DNA of 64,000 nucleotides. It comes from Octopus vulgaris. Lineage: Eukaryota. Position numbers and translations under genes: made by a program. Shown here piece after piece: positions 27,203-42,586 of this stretch; positions within the stretch are counted from its first letter, which is position 1; the number at the start of each line of letters is the position of its first letter. Under the pieces are notes generated by a model. It did not search any database. It was not told the DNA's origin and saw only the letters and a list, made by a program, of their open reading frames with translations. The stretch is from contig OX597829.1 in the NCBI GenBank assembly GCA_951406725.2, positions 42,470,001 to 42,534,000 on the forward strand. The letters run 5' to 3'.

Positions 27203-27267
<65 letters not shown>

Positions 27268-27270
<3 letters not shown>

Positions 27271-27601
27271 GTAAAGGCCCCATTCAGTCATGATTAACCA
27301 TGTGATTGTATCGCGAAAGTTTCCTCCATAGCACAAGTCCGGGCAAGGTTGTTTATGGAAGACCAACAGTCAGCCATGCATACCAGTCTCCCCCTCGCCA
27401 TGCCACTGATGTTATCCAAGGGAAAGGCAAAGGGGCCGATACAACTTGGCACCAGTGACGTCGCATCAAATTTCTACAGCTGAGTGAACTGGAGCAACGT
27501 GAAATAAAGTGCTCTGCTCAAGAATACAACACAACCCGATCCAAGAATCGAACTCACTGTCACATGATTGTGAGCCCGACGCTCTAACCACTGAGCCGTG
27601 C

Positions 27602-27605
<4 letters not shown>
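27268..27605 (-). mobile_element. tRNA-derived SINE family C (CORE/V-like ttgtgttcttgagcaagacacttt domain)
   Basis: Minus-strand head acggctcagtggttagagcgtcgggctcacaatc...gagttcgattc; relatives at ~3840-4010, 23220-23440, 36710-36940, 52563-52890. Confidence 0.7.
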
Positions 27606-27680
<75 letters not shown>

Positions 27681-27684
<4 letters not shown>

Positions 27685-27812
27685 CCGAAATTGCGAAGAT
27701 GATCCGGTTCTTGACTGAAGATTGAAGGCTTCGAATGTCCCGTACGTGTTTTTTGTGTCGTCTTCTAAATGTTTCACGTTCTTGTCCCAGTTTGTATTTT
27801 TTTACTTTTACA
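27681..27812 (+). repeat. ~130-bp dispersed (TA)n-associated repeat (copies at 43705-43835 and 45350-45482)
   Basis: agccgaaattgcgaagatgatccggttcttgactgaagat...cttgtcccagtttgt shared. Confidence 0.8.
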
Positions 27813-28289
27813 TATATATATATATATATATACCTACATACCTACAAACACAGACATACATATATATATATATGTATGTGTGTGTGTGTGTGTGTATGTG
27901 TGTATTTGTGTGTGTAGGTACACATACATATACTCACACATATATAGAGACGTAGAGTTGGAAATATGTAAAACCTTTTTTTTTTAAATACTTAAAAACA
28001 TAGACACAGCACAAGCAACAGACGCCCGCGGTTTCAACAAATAATGTATACATAATAGTTATTGGATAAATTGCAAATAAGTTTAGGCGCTTTTGTTTAA
28101 TAAACATTTATTTCTTATCTGACAGATTACTTCTGTGAGTGGGAGAATTAACTGTGTTTAAAGATGATTACCGGACAGATATGATAAGGATGTAGAAGTT
28201 CATTGGGAGCATTTAGCATTGTTAAAGTCGAAAGGGCGTAAACATAGGAAAACACAAACATACACAATCGTGCACCCACACACAGATAT

Positions 28290-28699
28290 AAAGATATACA
28301 CACACATACATGCGTGCGTACATACTTGCATATACGCATACAAAATACATACGTTCGTACGTACATACTTACACACACACATACCTACACACATACATGC
28401 AGACATACCTACATACATACGTACATACATACATACAAACATACATACATACATACATACATACATACATACATACATGCCTATATACATACATACATAC
28501 ATATATGTAAACACATATGTGTGTATTTCTGTATATGCATATGTATGTGTGTATGTGTGTGTGTGTGTGTGTGTGTGTATGCATATACATATACATTTAC
28601 GTTGGCATACATATTTAGACAAAAGTTCGTCCATTTATTCGAAAATAAGCACACTCACACACACGCGTATACATGCGTGAATACAAGCCTAGACTCACG

Positions 28700-28742
<43 letters not shown>

Positions 28743-29750
28743 TCATGCACATACACAAGCATATAGTCACATATATGTGACTATATATATATGCATCCAC
28801 TCATCTATCCTGCCCAAACATACAAAAAAACATGCAAACCCTCATAGACACCTAAAAACATACACTTATCCATCTATGTACACGTACATATACATACATA
28901 CGGTCATACATACATACATACATATATACACACATTCATACATACATACGAACATACATACATACGGTAATACATACATACACACATTCATACATACGAA
29001 CATACATACATGCGGTCATACATACATACATACATACATACACACACATACATACATACATACATACATACATACATAAATACATACGTACATACATATG
29101 TATATACACACATACATAGATATATGTATGCATTTATACATACATACACTTACATAATACATAATTACATACCTACATATATGCATACATACATGCATGC
29201 ACGCACGCACGCTCGCATACACACACATACATACAACCATCCGTACATATACATATACATCCGTATCTATACATACGCACACACATGCATACATAAACGC
29301 ACGCACGCAGGCACACATACATATATACGTTCATACATACATACATGCATGCGTGCGTACATACATGCATATACGCATACAAAATACATACATACGTTCG
29401 TACGTACATACATATATACATACACAGACACATAAATACACACATACATGCACATGCATGCATATATACCTACACACATACATATATACACACACATACA
29501 TACATACATACATACATACATACATACATACACACATTCATACATACAAACATACATTCATACATACATTCATACATACATACATTTATTCATACATACA
29601 TACATACATACATACATACATACATACAAACATACATACATTCATACATACATTCATACATACATACATACATGTACAGATACATACAGACATGCATGCA
29701 TATATACATACATATACATGCATACATACATACATACATACATACATACA

Positions 29751-29782
<32 letters not shown>

Positions 29783-29885
29783 CAGATACATACATATACA
29801 GATACATACAGACACACACACATACAAGCATACATACACACACATACATACATACGCATACATACACACACACACATACATATAC
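28290..29885. repeat. Degenerate (TACA)/(CA) low-complexity tract
   Basis: Directly visible. Confidence 0.9.
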
Positions 29886-30347
29886 CTAGAGCAAATTTAA
29901 GTAAGGGTGTTAAGTTTTATTTGTATAATGTCGTATCACCAAAAACAAATAAAGGAAAACCAGAAGACAAAAAAACAACACTAATAGCAAATAAAATAAA
30001 TAAGTAAAAATTATACATCATGCGTGAGAAGATAAATATTTAAGTAACTGTAAAGAACAACCGGGTTCAAACTTGAGACAGTCGTCATCATGTCTGATGT
30101 CCGGAGAAAAATGGTGACCGTGGCATTGCGCATCCTCCCCCCGCCCGCCTAACACCGATGGTCAACAACAACAAAGGCTGTTTTTGTCCGTGCTTATCAG
30201 TCTGGGGGAGACGTACTGACTGCCCTTTTTAATCTGTGAAGGGGAGACAGGGGTTTGCGACGACAACACACACTCACATGTACACACAGAAACACACACA
30301 CACACAACACACACACAGACACACACATACATACACACACACATACA

Positions 30348-30451
<104 letters not shown>

Positions 30452-30589
30452 CACACACATACAGACATACATAGAGACAGATTGACAGAAACGCGCACAT
30501 GCAAATACATATACATAAGCTCACGTACAAATTCATTCACCCATACACACACGCATATGCTCGTGTGCATGTGTGTGTGTGTATGTGCT

Positions 30590-30990
30590 CCTTTACTCTT
30601 TTAATTGTTTCAGTCATTTGGCTGTGACCATGCTGCAGCACCGCCTTTAGTCGAGCAAATCGACCCCAGGACTTATTCTTTGTAAGCCTAGTACTTATTC
30701 TATCGGTCTCTTTCGCCAACATCGCTTGACACCAGCGTCGGTTGTCAAGCGATGTTGCGGGGGGGGTGACAAACACAGACACACAAACATATACACACAC
30801 GTACATACCTACATATATACATATATACGACAGGCTTCTTTGAGTTTCTTTCTACCAAATCCACTCACAAGGCTTTGGCCGGCCCGAGTCTATAGTAGAA
30901 GACACTTGCTCAAGATGTCACGCAGTGGGACTGAACCCGGAACCACGTGGCTAGTAAGCAAGCTACTTACCACACAGCCACTCCTACGCC
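30590..30990 (-). mobile_element. Family A SINE
   Basis: Matches family consensus with small deletion. Confidence 0.8.
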
Positions 30991-31025
30991 TATATATATA
31001 TGTAAATCTCTCTCTCTCTCTCTTC

Positions 31026-31059
<34 letters not shown>

Positions 31060-31759
31060 AGTATATATAAGAGATATATATATCTCATAAGAGATATATA
31101 TATGTGTGTGTGTGTGCGTGTGTGTGTGTATATATGTGTGTATATATGTGTATATATATGTGTATGTATACGTGTATGTGTATACATACATACACAGTTG
31201 TATGTATTTATGTATGTATGCATGTATGTATGTATGTATGTATGTATGTATGTATGTATGTATGTATGTATGTATCTATCTATCTATCTATGTATGTATG
31301 TATCTATCTATATATATATATATATATATATATATCTATATATATATATATATATATCTATAAGGAAACAGAAGATGGATTTGGAATTAATTTTTATGGC
31401 GGACAACGATCATCGTACGCAAGAAAGACTAATACCAAATTCATCTTGTTTCTTTAAACGATTATTATCTCGAATTAACAGCAGAATTCCTGAAGTAGAT
31501 CAAACGGGAAATACTCCAACTGCAGATGTCACCAGGTAGCCAAAACTGCGTTAGTGCGTTACTCAACACTTCAACACACTAACTGATATATATCCGAAAA
31601 ATTACATATATAGGTGGTGCCCCAGCACGGCCGCAGTCAGATGACTGAAACAAGTAAAAGATAGAGATATGTATATATATATATATATATATCCATGAAT
31701 ACATATATATACACACACACATACATTCATAAACACATCCATACATACATATACATATT

Positions 31760-32255
<496 letters not shown>

Positions 32256-32451
32256 CGTGTGTATCAATGGTTGGACCGAAAGAGCACAAGGAGAAAACGT
32301 TAGACAAAAGCAGAGCAAACGGAAAACTAGACGAAAACTGAACGGATGGGAAATTTAGATAAAGTCACGATACACGGGATGTTCGCAGCTGAGTTTTCTT
32401 TGGCAGTCAATGATGCAGAATATGATAGTGGTTTCACGCCATTTCCATATT

Positions 32452-32874
32452 ACTCTTTTCTCTTTTACTCTTTTACTTGTTTCAGTCACTTGACTGCGGC
32501 CATGCTGGAGCACCGCCTTTAGTCGAGCAACTTAGACCCAAGGATTTATTCTTTGTAAGCCCAGTACTTATTCTATCGGTCTCTTTTGCCGAACCGCTAA
32601 GTGACGGGGGACATAAACACGCCAGCATCGGTTGTCAAGCAATGCTAGGGGGACAAACACAGACACACAGACACACAAACACACACACACATATATATAT
32701 ATACATATATACGACAAGCTTCTTTCAGTTTCCGTCTACTAAATCCACTCACAAGGCATTGGTCGGCCCGGGGCTATAGTAGAAGACACTTGTCCAAGGT
32801 GCCACGCATGGGACTGAACCCTGAACCATGTGGTTGGTTAGTAAGCTACTTACCACACAGCCACTCCTGCGCCT
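32452..32874 (-). mobile_element. Family A SINE, full length
   Basis: Matches family consensus. Confidence 0.85.
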
Positions 32875-33458
32875 GTTGTATCTCGTGAGGGGTTAGTCAT
32901 TTTGCTAATAGCAACAAAAAAGCTATCAGCGACACATGCGCAAAAATCCCGCTCTTTCTATCTTTGTCTCACACACACACACATACACATGCACACTCAC
33001 ATCCAAACACACACACACACATACACACATACCACACATATCTGTCTGACCGCCATAATAAAGATTTTTGATTGATTATAATGATGGGAACGAAAAGACA
33101 ACGCTGACTATAAACGTTATTTTAATTTGAAAAGTGTTTAATTAATGACCGAGGAACGTAGTGACCATAAATGTATTCAGTTTAAGATAGTTTACCAAGT
33201 GGCTTTACAGTCCATTTTATTATACCTAAAATTTATTCATCCACATGTCAGTCTATCTATCTCTTTTCCCCTTCAGCGATTGTAATTTAGTAATAAGATA
33301 AAACCCCGTCTGGAATCCATACCGCATCCATATCTATATGAATTCTAATTCTTCTCCCTTTCGTCCAACGCGAAAGTTTTCGCGGATCGGCGTCAGTGTG
33401 GACATAACAGCTTTCGGCGTCTAATGGCTTCGGTCACAGCGTGTATTCCTTGAGAACC

Positions 33459-33538
<80 letters not shown>

Positions 33539-33685
33539 TCCCACTACTCCGTGTACGTGTGAGTATATGTGTGTGTGTGTGTGTATGTGCAGATGGCACT
33601 TTGGGTAAGTGTTTGCCACTATAGCCTTGAGCCGACCGAAGCCCTGTGAATGGATTTGGTTGACGGAAGCTGAGACTTGGACGTA

Positions 33686-33721
<36 letters not shown>

Positions 33722-33937
33722 TAAATAAATAAAAAATATGCATATATATAAACATATATGTACGTACCTACCTCTACATGTACATATATACGCATATATG
33801 AGTACAGGACACCAAAAAGGCGTCGAACACAATGAGAAACGAAAACATAGACACAAACCCAAGGACTGGACATTTTTTTAAACAAAAAAATAGAGTACAG
33901 GACAATTAACACAAAGAAAAAACCCCTTCTTCGGTCG

Positions 33938-34019
<82 letters not shown>

Positions 34020-34617
34020 TAGAGGGAGAGTGTGTGTGAATGTGCGTGTTTGACCTCCAACCATCCCTTGGCAACTGATGTCGGTATGTTTACGTCTCTT
34101 AATATAGCGGTTCGGCAAAAGAAACCGATAGGGTAACTACTAGGCGTACAAAGCCTAAGTCCTGGGGTCGAATTCTTCGATTTATAAAATCCTTAAAGGC
34201 GGTGCTCCAGCATTGCCGCCGTAGTCAAATGACTGAAACGAATAAAAGAATAAAGCAACACGAACACACACAAGCAACACGCACACACACTCAAACACAC
34301 ACACACACACACACACACTCACATACACACACACACATACTCACACACACAAAGTGTGTATAGAACTGTTATAAGCAAAACTATGACCTCATGAACCACA
34401 GCTTCATATTCCAGTTCTCCAAAGTATACTTGGTAGATTTATAGATGTTAAGATTTATATGAAAGTTGAAAACACACACACGCACACACACATATATGTA
34501 TACATATCTATAAATGTATATATATCTATATATCTATTATATCTATAAATATCTATTATATCTATATATATATATCTATATATCTATAAATGTATATATA
34601 TCTATATATCTATTAAA

Positions 34618-34848
34618 GGCGGTGAGCTGGCAGAAACGTTAGCACGCCGGGCGAAAAGCTTAGCGGTATTTCGTCTGCCGTTACGTTCTGAGTTCAAATT
34701 CCGCCGAGGTCGACTTTGCCTTTCATCCTTTCAAGGTCGATAAATTAAGTACCAGTTACGCACTGGGGTCGATATAATCGACTTAATCCGTTTGTCTGTC
34801 CTTGTTTGTCCTCTCTGTGTTTAGCCCCTTGTGGGTAGTAAAGAAATA
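34618..34848 (+). mobile_element. Family B SINE, full length
   Basis: Matches 3263-3493. Confidence 0.85.
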
Positions 34849-35096
34849 TATATATCTATAACCTTACTATTAATATACGTCGGATGTGTTGCACACCGTT
34901 ACTAGCAAAAAATTATTGGAGGATTTTTTATTTTGTCTCTTTGTCTTCTCTCCTGGTACTGTGTGATCATTTAATGTGGTTTTAGAGTGAAGTTTTGACT
35001 GCTATTTCCAGCCTGGTGGTATCTCTTAGATACCCTAAATTATGATTTGAAGGTTTATATTCCCATGCTGGCCACCTGTTAAGGTCGATATTAAAT

Positions 35097-35130
<34 letters not shown>

Positions 35131-35321
35131 TATTCCGTGTGTATCATAAGTTGAAAACGGGAAGGATGGCTTCTCTTTGCAAATACTGATAGGGCACAGA
35201 AAGTGTGTCTATAGCCAGCTGGAGGAGGTGTCCTCTTGGGGCTATAAACTACAGTAGCATCCACCCTTAGGGGTTAGCCATATTTAAATGGCAAATATAC
35301 GTCACTATATATATATATATA

Positions 35322-35722
35322 TCTTCTTTATATATAAAAGTCAAGTTGTGTGTCTGTCTCCTACGATTTAGATTCCTAACTACTCCCACATTTTGCGGTG
35401 CAGTTTAACCAAAACCGGGTATCTTATACTCGTGATTCATATCGAGCCCTTCTGGGTATTAGCGCGCGTCTACGATGAGTCTACGATTTAAAAAAAAATT
35501 TACCATCATTTTTTTCCATTTTAATGCATTTTTTCGCTATTATATAAGGGAAGTAACTCTCTAAAAATGTCTACGATGAGTCAACGATTTAAAAATAAAT
35601 TTGCCATCATTTTGTTTCCATTTTTAATGCATTTTTTTGCTATTTTTTGGCTATAACTCTCTAAAAATGCTTATATAGGTATTTCCCTTACAAACCCGAG
35701 CAACGCCGGGCGATACTGCTAG
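35322..35722 (+). mobile_element. Non-autonomous Helitron
   Basis: 5' TC after A, 3' CTAG before T, subterminal hairpin CCCGAGCAACGCCGGG (35695-35710), no TSD, ~100-bp internal tandem duplication (35468-35670), inserted in (TA)n. Confidence 0.85.
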
Positions 35723-35903
35723 TATATATATATATATATATACAGCTAAGGTGGTGCTCCAGTATAGCCACAGTCAAATGTGTTTTATACGCACAACACA
35801 TAGTATACGGGAACAAATGCACAATTACATACCGGCTATATCCGAAAGACGAGACATTATGTACTGCATTTGTTCCTGTTATACTATGTGTTGTGCGTAT
35901 AAA

Positions 35904-35986
35904 ACATCCTGGCGAGGGTAGTGTCAATTTTAAATATATGATACGTTTCATATTAATTAGCGCGTCTCCGAAACGGCCGGAGATGT
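35904..35986 (+). ncRNA. Degenerate hammerhead-like motif
   Basis: ACATC-CTGGCGA-GG...CC-GAAA-CGGCCG-GA-GATGT: 5-bp stem I and palindromic stem III, two core substitutions. Confidence 0.5.
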
Positions 35987-36421
35987 ATTTTTGTAAATTT
36001 GTATATTTATTGAGACATGTACGGTGGTGGAGCGATAGAGTGGTTGTATATAAGGACACTCTAGACCGATGTATATTTCATCTTCTATGTACATTTCTCT
36101 GGAATTTTAATTCGTCTTTTAATATGTCATTCTATGTTTTATCGCCCCAAATGTTTTATTGTAACACATTTATACCAAGTGTCTTACGAGTTTAAGCGTA
36201 AATTCAAGGTGTTATAAATGCAACTTTGATTCTCTTATATATTTATATATTCCTCTATGTTTATATATTTATATATTACTAAATTTTTAAACGTCGGGCT
36301 TTATATCTGTTCTGTAGATATAAATGAATATATGAATATATGTACGTGTTTGATCTTTCTGTGGATTTTGTAGTGCTTTTGTAGTTGCTGCTCGCATTGT
36401 CTCCCCTCGGATTAAAAGAAA

Positions 36422-36465
<44 letters not shown>

Positions 36466-36638
36466 GTGTGTGTGTTTGTATGTCTGTGTTTGTCCCCCTA
36501 GCATTGCTTGACAACCGATGCTGGTGTGTTTATGTCCCCGTTACTTAGCGGTTCGGCAAAAGAGACCGATAGAATAAGTACTGGGCTTACAAAAGAATAA
36601 GTCCCGGGGTCGATTTGCTCGATTAAAGGCGGCGCTGT

Positions 36639-36687
<49 letters not shown>

Positions 36688-36931
36688 GATATATATATGT
36701 ATATCTCGCTAGATCGTGAGTTCGATTCCCTGATTGGGCAGTGCGTTGTGTTCTTGACTAAAACAACATTTCATTTCGCAAGGCTCCACTCACCGCTTTC
36801 AATCAGGTGGAAATGTTGGCACGCTCGCCGAGCCAGCAGGTGTGGTATCATTTGAAAGCTGAGACAATGCATAGCACATTGTGACCAGCGATGTTTAAAT
36901 ACATTTGATAGCCTGCTCCATCACGTGTGGT

Positions 36932-36971
<40 letters not shown>

Positions 36972-36979
36972 CATACACG

Positions 36980-37165
36980 TAAAAGATCCTGGAAGGGGCT
37001 ACATGAATCCAAGAACTGGACGTCACTGCACTTTTCCAAAGGTCCTAGCTATCTCGTGTAGAGTGAGGACCATGTACTGCAGCCCACAGTTATTTAATGC
37101 CTTGCCACAATATCTATGGGATCTTTATGGATAGGAATAGCCGTTTTCAAGACACAACTTCACCC
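36980..37165 (+). pseudogene. Decayed CR1-like LINE 3' fragment
   Basis: Similar to 58840-59030 (atcctggaagggg / attctagaagggc; agaactggacgtcact / agaactagacgccatt). Confidence 0.5.
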
Positions 37166-37304
37166 GACGACGCCGGTTAGCAGATTGATGCCTGAGGGTT
37201 GCATCAAGTGGCTTCTGGCGGTGGAAACCTGAAGTATAACGGTTACTTTTGGGTTACACTCCTATATGTATCCATGTATGTATGTATGTATGTATGTATG
37301 TATG

Positions 37305-37335
<31 letters not shown>

Positions 37336-37340
37336 GTATG

Positions 37341-37374
<34 letters not shown>

Positions 37375-38276
37375 TGTATGTATGTATGTATGTATGTATG
37401 TATGTATGTATGTATGTATGTATGTATGTATGTATGTATGTATGTATGTATGTATGTATGTATGTATGTATGTATGTATGCATGTATGTATGTATGTATG
37501 TCTATCTGTCTGTCTGTGTATATACCTTATATATTATATATATATGCATATATACATGCATATATATACATACATACATATATATGTATATATGTATGCA
37601 TATATGTATACAGGACGTCACAAAACATAAACAACATGGAATATATGTGTTCACGTGTGTATGTGTGTATGTGTTAGTGACTTTTTTTTTTATCTATGTC
37701 GTTTATATACGCACACATCCACAATAGTGCTTACAATCTAGCACACAAAACGCATTCCTTCTTACCCAGTAATTGCGCGTACTTGTCAACCGTGATTAGA
37801 TAAATACTGGCTTGATTTCTTTCAAGTATCCCCCACACATTGAGGCTCTAAGGGGAAGAAATCAATCCTGAAGTAACTGCGCCTGTGGAGTTAAAAAAAA
37901 TATCACTAAATGCGCATATATCTATACCAGTCTACTTTTCACCAGATGCTTGCCTATTATATACTCATATATACTACACTCGTATATATAAAACAAAAAA
38001 AATTAAAGCAGAAAAGAAGTGATGAGCGTCGATTCCTTCGACCAGAAATTCATCAAGGCAGTACCCCCATCATGGCCGTAGTAGTCTAATGTCTGTAGTA
38101 GTAGTAGTCTAATGTCTATCGGGCTCTTTTGCCGAACCGCTAGTTTACGGAGATGTAAACACACCAGCATCGGTTGTCAAGCGATGTTGGGGGGGGGGGG
38201 GTCAAAGACTCACAAACAAACACATACACACATGCACACACACATACACATACACACACACGCATATATATATATA

Positions 38277-38845
<569 letters not shown>

Positions 38846-39107
38846 TATATATATATATATATACGATGGGCTTCTTTCAGTTTCCGTCTACCAGATCCAC
38901 TCACAAGGCTTTGGTCATCCGCGGCTATAGTAGAAGATATTTGTTCAAGGTGACATGCAGCGGGACTGAATCAGGAACCATGTCGCTGGAAAGCAAGCTC
39001 CTTATCCCACAGCCAAACCTGCGCCTAAAGTATTAATTGCCATCCCTGGTGGGATATATAAGCACATACATACATACATACATACATACATACATACATA
39101 CATACAT

Positions 39108-39269
39108 GAGTGGCTGTGTGGTAAGTAGCTTGCTTACCAACCACATGGTTCCGGGTTCAGTCCCACTGCGTGGCACCTGGGGCAAGTGTCTTCTACTATA
39201 GCCTCAGGCCGACCAAAGCCTTGTGAGTGGATTTGGTAGACGAAAACTGAAAGAAGCCCGTCGTATATA

Positions 39270-39350
<81 letters not shown>

Positions 39351-39590
39351 GTATATATATTTATATATGTATGTATGTGTGTGTATATGTTTATATGCTT
39401 GTCCCCCCAACATCGCTTAACGATGGTGATGTGTTTACGTCCCTATAACCTAGCGGTTCGGCAAAAGAGTTCGATAGAATAAGTATAAGGCTTACAAAGA
39501 ATAAGTCCTGGAATAGATTTGCTCGACTAAAGGCGGTCCTCCAGCATGGCCACCGTCAAATGACTGAAACAAGTAAAAGAGTAAAAGAGT
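39108..39590 (+). mobile_element. Family A SINE
   Basis: Matches family consensus. Confidence 0.85.
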
Positions 39591-39697
39591 ATACATACGT
39601 ACATACATACATAAATACAAAGATATATATAAATATGTATACATACATACATTCATACATACATATATTTATATATATATATATTTATGCATGTATG

Positions 39698-39731
<34 letters not shown>

Positions 39732-41007
39732 TGTATGTATGTATGTGTGTATGTATGCGTGTATGTATGTAAGTATGTTGTATATGTAACATATAAGCCA
39801 TTGAGGAAGAACGCTATATGCTGTTTAGATCCTTTAGAAATAATAATCTTCAGTTGGATCTTACAATGTTTATAATGATAACAAAAGATAAAATATGAAT
39901 ATATAAATATTACTAACTGAAAAACAGAACTAAGGGAAAAGAAACTGAAGAAGAAGAAAAAGAAGAGGAAGTGAAAGAGGAGGAAACGAAAGAGGGTGTT
40001 ACCTAGATCGGACGAGAACCGGTGTTTTCAACGTGATATGGCCGTAAGCCGGGATGTTACCTAGAAAGTGTAGCTTTAGATACACTGTAAAATATGGACC
40101 TTTTTTTTTATCTTAGGTTTCTCTGATCAAAGCTGACTGGGTTGACAAGGCAGCAGCAGCAGCAGCAGCCGTCCAAGAATTTGGACCTGGCGATCTCCAT
40201 TTCCAGCGATTTCGAGGGCCACTTCCCAGTGATGTCGGGCGTCAACGAAGAGCCCTCGGCTACAACAAGACGACCAAAGTTTTTTTTTCCAAGATCTGGG
40301 GTCTCCTGCCCCTAAGCCTTAGACCATCACCTAATCCCCGTTACCCGTCTTGTTGCTTAACAACAACAACAAAAACAGCAGCAGCAGCAGCACCTTCCTG
40401 AAATTGTACCCTACAGTCTTAAAACATGAACGACATATGTGGATGATATAGTCCAAGACAGACTGCGACTGAAATGCTAGTCGGTATGTTTACGGCTAGA
40501 ATAGCTCTCAACTGAATAGAATAGATCTTAACCTGTGGTTAAACAACAACAAAAACAATAGAAACAATAAAAACATAACACTAAAAGCACAACAGAATCA
40601 AGCTGCAGAAAATTCCTTAAGTGTCCTCATTTTGGAAATGTATTCCTGGAAAGAGAAAAAGGAACCCGAAAACAAAAAAAGGAAACGAAAAAAAAAATAA
40701 AGACAATTGATGCAAAAACTGTATAATAAAAAGTTTAATAAATTTCGAAATTATCGCGGGATTTAAAAACTAAGGAAAGTTCCTGAAATTCCAGAGAGTT
40801 TATAAAATGTTGAAATGCAAGATATTCTTTCTTCTCTGAAAGAGATTAAGACTGGAGAACGCACGTAAAAGTAGACTTAATTTATTTGTTAAGTATTTGT
40901 CTTTGAAACGAGATTTCGAAGCCCACCACAATTTCGTCTGAAAAATATAACTTTTGTGCCACAAAATCAGATACGAGGGGACACTGATAAATTCTTGGCT
41001 TTAATAA

Positions 41008-41046
<39 letters not shown>

Positions 41047-41047
41047 A

Positions 41048-41151
41048 CTTTATTTAAAAGCAGCAGTTTTTTTAACAAAACTGTCCGATGAACGGGAACA
41101 TGAAACTCCGAGTAACAGGTTTTGTTGAATTTCTGCTGCTTTTAAATAAAG
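41048..41151 (+). ncRNA. Hammerhead-like motif at the apex of a ~37-bp hairpin in a (TA)n-bounded mini-element (~41041-41216)
   Basis: CTGT-CCGATGA-ACG-GGAA-CAT-GAAA-CTCCGAG-TA-ACAG; stem I extends as ctttatttaaaagcagcag../..ctgctgcttttaaataaag. Confidence 0.65.
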
Positions 41152-42002
41152 CATAATACCCTGGTATTTGAGTACTTTTTTTCCACCTTCTTTTACATTT
41201 ATGTGTTTACTCCGGTATATATATATATTGTCGTCATTTCTTTCTCTTTTGCCTGCGTTGTTTGCTTTTTAAGTGCTGTGGTTTTACTGGGATCTCCCTT
41301 TTAAGTAGAAAGAATAGCCAAAACTCTTTGACTGCTATTTCTAAATTCGGTGTGTGGTGAGGCAAATCGTTGCTAAACCCTTAATTACTTAGTGTATATA
41401 TATATATATATACGCGCGTATGCGAACACACAGAGATCAGAGGCCTTCAAATAATCAAAATCGCATACATTGTATTGGTCCGGTCGTCAGAAAATAAGTT
41501 TCTTCCAAAATTTACAGAATCTTTCTTTGGCATTAACTCATGCTCTGTGTCAAACCGTGTTTCGCTTACCAAACGCTGCTGCATGACTATCATTACTGTA
41601 TATGCGCTCGTCGTCGACTCCTCCTGCGGAAACCTTAGCGCTTTGCATCAAATTTTATGTCGGGTATAAACACAGGTAGTCCTTTTTGTGAGCTAAAGAT
41701 AGATTTTCGTGAAAATGTTGGTTCTGAGAAGTTTTAGTAATTTCTACTAACGACCGTAAAAGAGGTTCTTTAGAGAGTAATTTACCTAAGTTTAAAGACG
41801 AACACTCCAAAGAAAAAGATGAAAAATAAGTAACTTGTCACAATTGTAAATTTAGTCTCTGAACATTGAACACTCCAGGACTGTTCAAAATTTTATTGCT
41901 GAACTCTACAATGCAGTTCTCAATCAATATATTTATATAAATGATAGAATAATAGATAAATAGATTCATAATTATACTACATGTACATTATGAACATATA
42001 TA

Positions 42003-42056
<54 letters not shown>

Positions 42057-42198
42057 GCGTGCACGTTATGTCTGTATGTGTTTATGTATGCGTATATAAA
42101 TATGCACGCGCGGTTTTAAAGTTGGCCAATATTTCGTGCACCTGTAGTAATTGTTGCTACAGTTGTTAACCTTGTTGCTTGTGTTTACTTGTTGTTGC

Positions 42199-42247
42199 TG
42201 ATGATGATGATGATGATGATGACGACGACGACGACGACGACGACGAC

Positions 42248-42282
<35 letters not shown>

Positions 42283-42283
42283 C

Positions 42284-42345
<62 letters not shown>

Positions 42346-42532
42346 CGATGATGATGATGACGATGATGACGATGATGATGATGACGATGATGATGATAAC
42401 GATGATGACGATAATGATGACGATGTTGACGATGATGATGATGACGATGATGATGATGACAATGATGATGATGATGACGATGATGATGATGACGATGACG
42501 ATGATGACGATGATGATGACGATGATGATGAC

Positions 42533-42565
<33 letters not shown>

Positions 42566-42586
42566 AAAAATGACGACGACGACGAC
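42199..42586. repeat. (GAT)n/(GAC)n microsatellite
   Basis: Directly visible. Confidence 0.95.

Larger units (their letters stand above)
23538..27203 (-). mobile_element. Penelope-like retroelement 1 with inverted duplicated 3' end
   Basis: Arms 23538-24456 and 26087-27007 are near-identical inverted copies; right arm continues to 27203 then (TA)n; RT+GIY-YIG ORF between. Confidence 0.92.

Noticed and set aside
40973-41005. Mariner-like TIR (tacgaggggacactgataaattcttggcttt)
   Set aside because: No partner TIR or transposase sequence found nearby.
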